Part shown: positions 59,061 to 64,000 of the stretch, in pieces
Layout of the letters: every line of letters starts with the position of its first letter
Numbering within the stretch: the first letter of the stretch is position 1
Assembly (NCBI GenBank): GCA_934234215.1
Contig: CAKQHB010000003.1
Span: 22,077-86,076, forward strand
Reading direction: 5' to 3'
DNA from: an uncultured Cuneatibacter sp.
GTDB lineage: Bacteria > Bacillota > Clostridia > Lachnospirales > Lachnospiraceae
DNA: 64,000 nt
Program-made: the position numbers and the translations under genes
Notes under the pieces: model-generated
Database searches by the model: none
What the model saw: the letters and a program-made list of their open reading frames with translations, nothing else
Told to the model about the DNA's origin: nothing

Positions 59061-60710
59061 TTACTTCTCCCGATTCTTCTTAACACGGTCCGCATCAACG
59101 CGAGTCGTCATGTCACTGACACGGCTGCGATTCACGGTCGGCTTTTCCGGTCTGGCGCTTCTGGCTCTTTTGACTTCGGAAGCCGGAATGGAAGCAGTCT
59201 TGCTGCCATATCTGCTAACTTCGCGCTCAATACCCTCTTCCATCACCTGAATATCGACACCGAAAACTTCTTCCTCAGAATCCTCGTCGTCATCCTCATC
59301 TTCCTTGTCTTCTAGGACATCTTCATAGGTGTCTTCTTCGGAATCCGAATCATCCTCGTCTTCTGTCATCCAGGAATCTACGTCCTCTTCTTCATCATCC
59401 TCAGATTCTTCATAAGATTCGTAAGTATCCTCCGATGCGTCCCTATCACGCTGTCTTCTGTCAGAAGATGCCTGAAGCTCTCTGACCTGTCTCTTTCTGT
59501 GGTGAACGCGATGGGCAAGGATGATATTGATTGCCAGCAGGATCACGATGATCACACCACCGATAATCATATATAAAAGAGCGTCTCCAGCACCGGATAA
59601 CACTGCGCCGGTCTGTACATACGGGAAAATCACACCGTCTGATTCGCGGAACCAGCAAAGTCCCGGATCTCCGCCATTTTCACCGGCATAGATCAGGTAC
59701 AGACCTTCATGCTCCTCACTGGTGTAAGCCGGTACTTCGTACTCGCCGATCTTTACCGTCGTATACACATAGCTCTTCGGAATGGAAATTCCACCGGGGA
59801 ATGTTGTAACGTGGAACTGTCTTGCCTCTACGGTCCAGTCAAAGCCCTCTACACCGTCAGCGCTGAGAGATTCCGTCTCAGCCGTCTCCTCACCGGATGC
59901 GGCACGGATGACATGAATCGTGTATTCCTGAAAACCGCCATCATCTGCGGTGACATGTACGGTTACGAGATTCTCCCCTTCCTGAAGGTTGTCCATACCC
60001 TCTACAACATAGGTTGCCTTGTCCGACTCGGTTGCAGCGTGAACAGCAATTTTTGTGACATCGTTTGCAACGTGTACGGTATATTCCTTTACGGAAGGAT
60101 CAAAGGTGATGGAGCCCGGCTCTATCTCTAATGTGCTCAGCTTGCAGGAGATACTCTCTTCCTCAGATGCGGATTCTGTCTCCTGAGATGATCCACTGTT
60201 TTCTTCGGAGGACTCCGCCTGAGAAGACTCTGCCTGAGACTCAGAGGATCCGGCAGCTACGGTAACAGCAGCACTGGGATTTGCAATATTGATACCATCC
60301 AAAGCCTGCTCGTTCTCATCGGTTGCTGTAACATCCGATAAGGTAAAGGTACAGGTGCCATCTTTTAAGGCAGTCATGGTGAATGTCTCTTCGTAGGTGC
60401 TGTAGCCAACTGCGCCGGACTTCCATGTAATCTTGCCGGCGGGGAAAATATCCTTATATTTATCCGGCAGCTGGAACATCGAACCGTCATACTGCAAGGT
60501 ATAACCAACCGGACCAAGTGTGGTATCGGCTTTGATCACAACCGATACATCCACGGTATCGCCCTGCTTTACCTCTGTCTGAGATACCGATACACTAGCT
60601 TCGGCGGATGCCGCCTTGACCTGCATCGGAACTGTCATGCACAGAACCATTGCCAGCATACAGAATACTGCACTGATTCTCTTCCAACTGCGTACTTTCA
60701 TTTTTTTCAT
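59061..60710 (-). CDS. Type-I membrane protein with cohesin-like and cadherin-like domains, TM and long acidic cytoplasmic tail (paralog of 55259-56995)
   Basis: SVSVSQTEVKQGDTVDVSVVIKADTTLGPVGYTLQYDGSMFQL is a cohesin-like pattern. The membrane-proximal domain aligns with its paralog (LYLIYAGENGGDPGLCWFRESDGVIFPYV versus LYLVYGMNAAGDAQWYRYDAESGSFFRYV). TM LLYMIIGGVIIVILLAINIILA. Confidence 0.65.
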   Translation of the reverse strand: MKKMKVRSWKRISAVFCMLAMVLCMTVPMQVKAASAEASVSVSQTEVKQGDTVDVSVVIKADTTLGPVGYTLQYDGSMFQLPDKYKDIFPAGKITWKSGAVGYSTYEETFTMTALKDGTCTFTLSDVTATDENEQALDGINIANPSAAVTVAAGSSESQAESSQAESSEENSGSSQETESASEEESISCKLSTLEIEPGSITFDPSVKEYTVHVANDVTKIAVHAATESDKATYVVEGMDNLQEGENLVTVHVTADDGGFQEYTIHVIRAASGEETAETESLSADGVEGFDWTVEARQFHVTTFPGGISIPKSYVYTTVKIGEYEVPAYTSEEHEGLYLIYAGENGGDPGLCWFRESDGVIFPYVQTGAVLSGAGDALLYMIIGGVIIVILLAINIILAHRVHHRKRQVRELQASSDRRQRDRDASEDTYESYEESEDDEEEDVDSWMTEDEDDSDSEEDTYEDVLEDKEDEDDDEDSEEEVFGVDIQVMEEGIEREVSRYGSKTASIPASEVKRARSARPEKPTVNRSRVSDMTTRVDADRVKKNREK

Positions 60711-60877
60711 GTTTGTCTCCTCATTTTCTTCTGATCTGTATCAAAATGCCCCACCAAGCTTTTTCATTTTGGTTTTGACACGTTTTTCAATCTGTAAAAA
60801 CAACTGTTATTATAATTCGTCTGCAGTTTGTGTGTCAACCGTTCCCGACAAATTTCCTATTATTTCCGCGACGGGAC

Positions 60878-60906
60878 TTGACGAATCGTGTCAGTTTTTC
60901 TATAAT
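60878..60906 (+). promoter_or_regulatory. Sigma-A promoter of the thiT riboswitch unit (TTGACG-17-TATAAT)
   Basis: Near-consensus hexamers with 17-nt spacing, immediately upstream of the THI element. Confidence 0.6.
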
Positions 60907-60914
60907 ACAGCTCA

Positions 60915-61013
60915 AGCAGATGCTGGGGGAGCCTGAAAAGGCTGAGAAATGAAAGTTGACCCTTATTACTTGAACCGGGTAATGCCGGCGTAAGGAAGCG
61001 CTCTTTTCTTTCA
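60915..61013 (+). ncRNA. TPP (THI-box) riboswitch
   Basis: Conserved motifs CTGGGGGAGCC...GGCTGAGA...ACCCTT...GAACC...AATGCCGGCG...AGGAAG. Confidence 0.85.
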
Positions 61014-61048
61014 CCCCTCCTGCAAATAAATCTTCAGGAGGTTTTTTT
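61014..61048 (+). terminator. Riboswitch expression-platform terminator whose 3' arm contains the thiT RBS
   Basis: cctcctg-caaataaatctt-caggagg plus TTTTTTT, ending 1 nt before the ATG. AGGAGG lies inside the stem. Confidence 0.75.
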
Positions 61049-61714
61049 ATGTTCTTTTACTTTGACGACGGGTATTATTACCCTACCACCGCAGGTACGA
61101 TCCTGCTCGTTGCACTTTTGCTTGTTGCCGTTGTTCTTGCAGTAATCGTTGCATCGAAAAACAGTGACCACAAGACCTTTTCTGCAAAGAAGCTGGTCTT
61201 CTCCGGAATGGCGATCGCGATAGCGTATGTTCTCTCGTTCATTCAGGTCATCAAGCTTCCTTATGGAGGTGCGGTCACTCCGTTTTCCATGCTGTTTATT
61301 TGTCTGATCGGATATTGGTACGGTGTCAAAGCCGGCTTACTGACAGGCTTTGCGTACAGCATTCTGCAGTTTTTGCAGGACCCGTACATTCTGACTCCGT
61401 TTCAGGTTTGCTGTGACTACTTCTTCGCCTTTACCGCACTGGGTCTGTCCGGACTGTTCTCCGGCAAAAAACACGGACTGCAGATTGGCTACCTGGTAGG
61501 TGTTCTCGCTCGTCTGTTTTTCCATGTTCTCGGCGGATACATTTACTGGATGGAATACATGCCGGAGAACTTCCCGGTAGCCTTGAAGTGGGCTTACCCG
61601 GTTATTTACAATGGTTCTTATATCGGTCTGGAAGCAGTCATCACACTGATTCTGCTGGCAATTCCCGCCGTGGACAAAGCGATGAAGCGTGTCAAGACGA
61701 TGGCATTAAACTGA
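61049..61714 (+). CDS. thiT: ECF-type thiamine transporter S-component ThiT (YuaJ-like)
   Basis: A polytopic membrane protein of about 220 aa downstream of a TPP riboswitch. Confidence 0.7.
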   Translation: MFFYFDDGYYYPTTAGTILLVALLLVAVVLAVIVASKNSDHKTFSAKKLVFSGMAIAIAYVLSFIQVIKLPYGGAVTPFSMLFICLIGYWYGVKAGLLTGFAYSILQFLQDPYILTPFQVCCDYFFAFTALGLSGLFSGKKHGLQIGYLVGVLARLFFHVLGGYIYWMEYMPENFPVALKWAYPVIYNGSYIGLEAVITLILLAIPAVDKAMKRVKTMALN

Positions 61715-61723
61715 TTTTCTTTA

Positions 61724-62767
61724 TCATCTATGTAAGAAAAGTTTCGTCACAACAAAGCCGAGGATGCCGCATCCCGGAAATGTCACGATCCAGGTCAGCA
61801 TCATTTCGGAAGCTAATTTCCAGTTCACGGAGGATCTGGACACGGCAGCTCCCGCACCAAGGATCGCCGCTGTTTTGGCATGGGTCGTGCTAACCGGGAT
61901 GCCAAGCATGGTTGCGAGTGTGACCGACAGGATTCCAGCCACATCTGCGGCCAGCGCCTGGGGCGGTTCCAGCGGCACGAGTTCATTGCCGACTTTTTGA
62001 ATAATCCGTCTGCCGCCGAGAGCCGTTCCAAGCGCCATCGTTCCGGCACAAAGCAGCACCATCCAACCAGGGATCGGATACCCTGACTCATAAAACATCC
62101 GACTATGCAGGTGAATCCCAAGCAGCAATACTCCCAGAAATTTTTGTCCATCCTGCGCGCCATGCAAAAAGGCCATGACGCCGCAGGCAAGGATCTGGAG
62201 ATGGCGCTGTCGTCTGGAATTCACCTGTTTTTTTGTCTCAAGCTTCCGAAAAAGCAGACAAAAAGCAGCACCGGCGATGCAGCCGATTGCAATCGAGCCG
62301 AACAGTCCCACAAAAACGCGTATCCATTCAAAGCGGTTGATGCCCGATACACTGCTGCCCAGCGCAACCGAAGCGCCTGACAATCCGGCAATCAACGCAT
62401 GACTTTCACTGGTAGGGATTCCCCACCACCATGCAAAGATCGACCAGAGAAGGATGGCGGAAAATGCCGCACAGAGCGCCACAATCCCCCTTCCACTTCC
62501 ATCCTCAAATTCTGCCAGGTGATAGAGAGAGGCTGCAACCGCAGAGTTCCCTCTTGTTGTAAGCCACAGACCGAGAAAATTCATTGCGGCAGCAAAAAAA
62601 ATGGCTGAACGGATTCCCAATGTGCCAGTTGCAACCGTAGTTGCTATGGCATTTGGGGCATCTGTCCAGCCATTTACCAGGATGACCCCAAGGATCAGAA
62701 CCACCGTCACAGCAAATGCCGGTGTCTTTATCATTGCGGTAACAAGCTCCTGGATTGTTACATTCAT
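61724..62767 (-). CDS. Inorganic phosphate transporter, PiT family
   Basis: GWTDAPNAIATTV and the C-terminal repeat match the PiT/PHO4 signature. Polytopic membrane protein. ATG directly abuts the purD stop. Confidence 0.8.
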   Translation of the reverse strand: MNVTIQELVTAMIKTPAFAVTVVLILGVILVNGWTDAPNAIATTVATGTLGIRSAIFFAAAMNFLGLWLTTRGNSAVAASLYHLAEFEDGSGRGIVALCAAFSAILLWSIFAWWWGIPTSESHALIAGLSGASVALGSSVSGINRFEWIRVFVGLFGSIAIGCIAGAAFCLLFRKLETKKQVNSRRQRHLQILACGVMAFLHGAQDGQKFLGVLLLGIHLHSRMFYESGYPIPGWMVLLCAGTMALGTALGGRRIIQKVGNELVPLEPPQALAADVAGILSVTLATMLGIPVSTTHAKTAAILGAGAAVSRSSVNWKLASEMMLTWIVTFPGCGILGFVVTKLFLHR

Positions 62768-64000
62768 TTAAGCCTCATCAATCGCCTTTCCGATATCATG
62801 ACGCATATATTTGTTTGCAAAAGAAATCCACTCCGTCGCTTCATATGCCTTCGCCCGCGCTTCTTTCAAAGTTGCACCGGTTGCAGTGATTCCCAGAACA
62901 CGGCCGCCGTTTGTCACGATCTGACCATCCTGAAGCTTGGAACCCGCGTGGAATACAAAATAATCATCCTTGCCGTCAAACTTTTCAAAACCATACATCG
63001 GGATGCCCTTCTCGTAATGTCCAGGGTATCCGTCGGATGCCAGCACAACGCACACAGCCGCATTGTCCTCAAACTCCAGTGTGATATCTGCCAGAGTGCC
63101 GTCAATGCACGCTTCGAACACATCTACGATATCATTCTTCATGCGGGGCAGAACAACCTGTGTCTCAGGATCCCCGAAACGGGCGTTATACTCCAGTACA
63201 CGAGGACCGTCTGCGGTCAGCATCAATCCAAAGAAAATGATTCCCTTGAACGGTCTGCCTTCTGCTTTCATGGCATCAACGGTCTTCTGATAAATGTGTT
63301 CTTTGCAGAACGCATCCACTTCTGCTGTATAGAACGGGCTGGGAGAAAATGTTCCCATACCGCCGGTATTCAGACCGGTATCGCCATCCCCGGCACGCTT
63401 GTGATCCTGCGCACTGGTCATGATCTTGATCGTGTCACCGTCTACAAACGAGAGAACAGAAACTTCCCTTCCGGTCATAAACTCTTCCACAACGATGCGG
63501 TTTCCGGCAGCGCCGAACTGCTTATCTTCCATAAGAGACTTGACACCTGCCTTTGCTTCCTCCAGATTCATGCAGATCAGCACACCCTTGCCCAGCGCCA
63601 GACCATCCGCCTTCAGCACGATGGGCATTTTTGCAGTTTCCAGATAAGCAAGTGCATCATGGGGATTGTCAAACGTCTCATAAGCAGCAGTGGGAATGCC
63701 GTACTTCTTCATCAGGTCCTTGGAAAATGCCTTGGAAGCCTCCAAAATCGCCGCATTGCTGCGGGGTCCAAAAACGCGAAGTCCCCGCGCCTCTAAAGCA
63801 TCCACGATTCCAGCTGCCAGCGGATCATCCGGTCCAACAACCGTCAGATCCACTTCATGCTTCACTGCAAAGTCTGCCAGCTTTTCAAATTCCATCACAC
63901 CGATTGGCACGCACTCTGCCAAAGAAGCAATTCCTGCGTTGCCGGGTGCACAGTAAATCTTCTCAACGCGATGGCTCTGTGCGATCTTCCAGACGATCGC
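62768..64000 (-). CDS. purD: Phosphoribosylamine--glycine ligase PurD (C-terminal ~410 aa; N-terminus beyond window end)
   Basis: ATP-grasp motifs. The frame stays open to the window edge, and upstream codons read ...IYCAPGNAGIA. Confidence 0.9.
   Translation of the reverse strand, partial: AIVWKIAQSHRVEKIYCAPGNAGIASLAECVPIGVMEFEKLADFAVKHEVDLTVVGPDDPLAAGIVDALEARGLRVFGPRSNAAILEASKAFSKDLMKKYGIPTAAYETFDNPHDALAYLETAKMPIVLKADGLALGKGVLICMNLEEAKAGVKSLMEDKQFGAAGNRIVVEEFMTGREVSVLSFVDGDTIKIMTSAQDHKRAGDGDTGLNTGGMGTFSPSPFYTAEVDAFCKEHIYQKTVDAMKAEGRPFKGIIFFGLMLTADGPRVLEYNARFGDPETQVVLPRMKNDIVDVFEACIDGTLADITLEFEDNAAVCVVLASDGYPGHYEKGIPMYGFEKFDGKDDYFVFHAGSKLQDGQIVTNGGRVLGITATGATLKEARAKAYEATEWISFANKYMRHDIGKAIDEA

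Noticed and set aside
60845-60880. Palindrome tcccgacaaatttcctattatttccgcgacggga upstream of the thiT promoter that shares atttcctat with the repeat element
   Set aside because: The 9-nt match is too short to call a fourth copy. It may be chance or a transcription-factor site; I could not decide from sequence alone.
1-64000. CRISPR arrays, insertion-sequence transposases, integrases
   Set aside because: No regularly spaced direct repeats and no transposase or recombinase ORFs were seen. The only repeat family is the 3-copy terminator-associated element reported above.

Overview
This window looks like a Firmicutes/Clostridia (Lachnospiraceae-like) chromosomal segment from a spore-former; SASP, ytfJ/ytfI, ylbJ and remA are all present. 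Most genes sit on the minus strand in tight operons. Left to right: a partial sbcD; a histidine operon (hisZ-hisG-hisD-hisB-hisA plus an unusual HisF-remnant/HisIE fusion); recU; several rRNA modification genes (rluA-family, rsuA, rsmF, rsmD); a RelQ-like alarmone synthetase; an M23 peptidase; ylbJ; coaD; an alpha/beta SASP; a 2-hydroxyacid dehydrogenase; recG; yloV/asp23; rpmB; a ytfJ/ytfI sporulation operon carrying two unknown proteins; cinA-pgsA-rimO; rpoZ-gmk-remA-yicC; rqcH; the full phoPR-phoU-pstSCAB phosphate locus; the large single-chain purL; a region-4-less sigma-70-like protein tightly coupled to a Cas4-like nuclease/XPD-family helicase; an intracellular GH28; tRNA-Trp; radA-clpC-mcsB-mcsA headed by a GntR-type (not CtsR) regulator; a three-gene surface module (two membrane-anchored cohesin-like proteins flanking a dockerin-bearing GH73 glucosaminidase); a TPP riboswitch-thiT unit; a PiT phosphate transporter; and partial purD. 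The window also holds three copies of a structured palindromic element of about 70-130 bp, each inserted exactly at the T-tract of an intrinsic terminator. The cohesin/dockerin autolysin module and the sigma-like/nuclease-helicase pair are the best candidates for a novel system.
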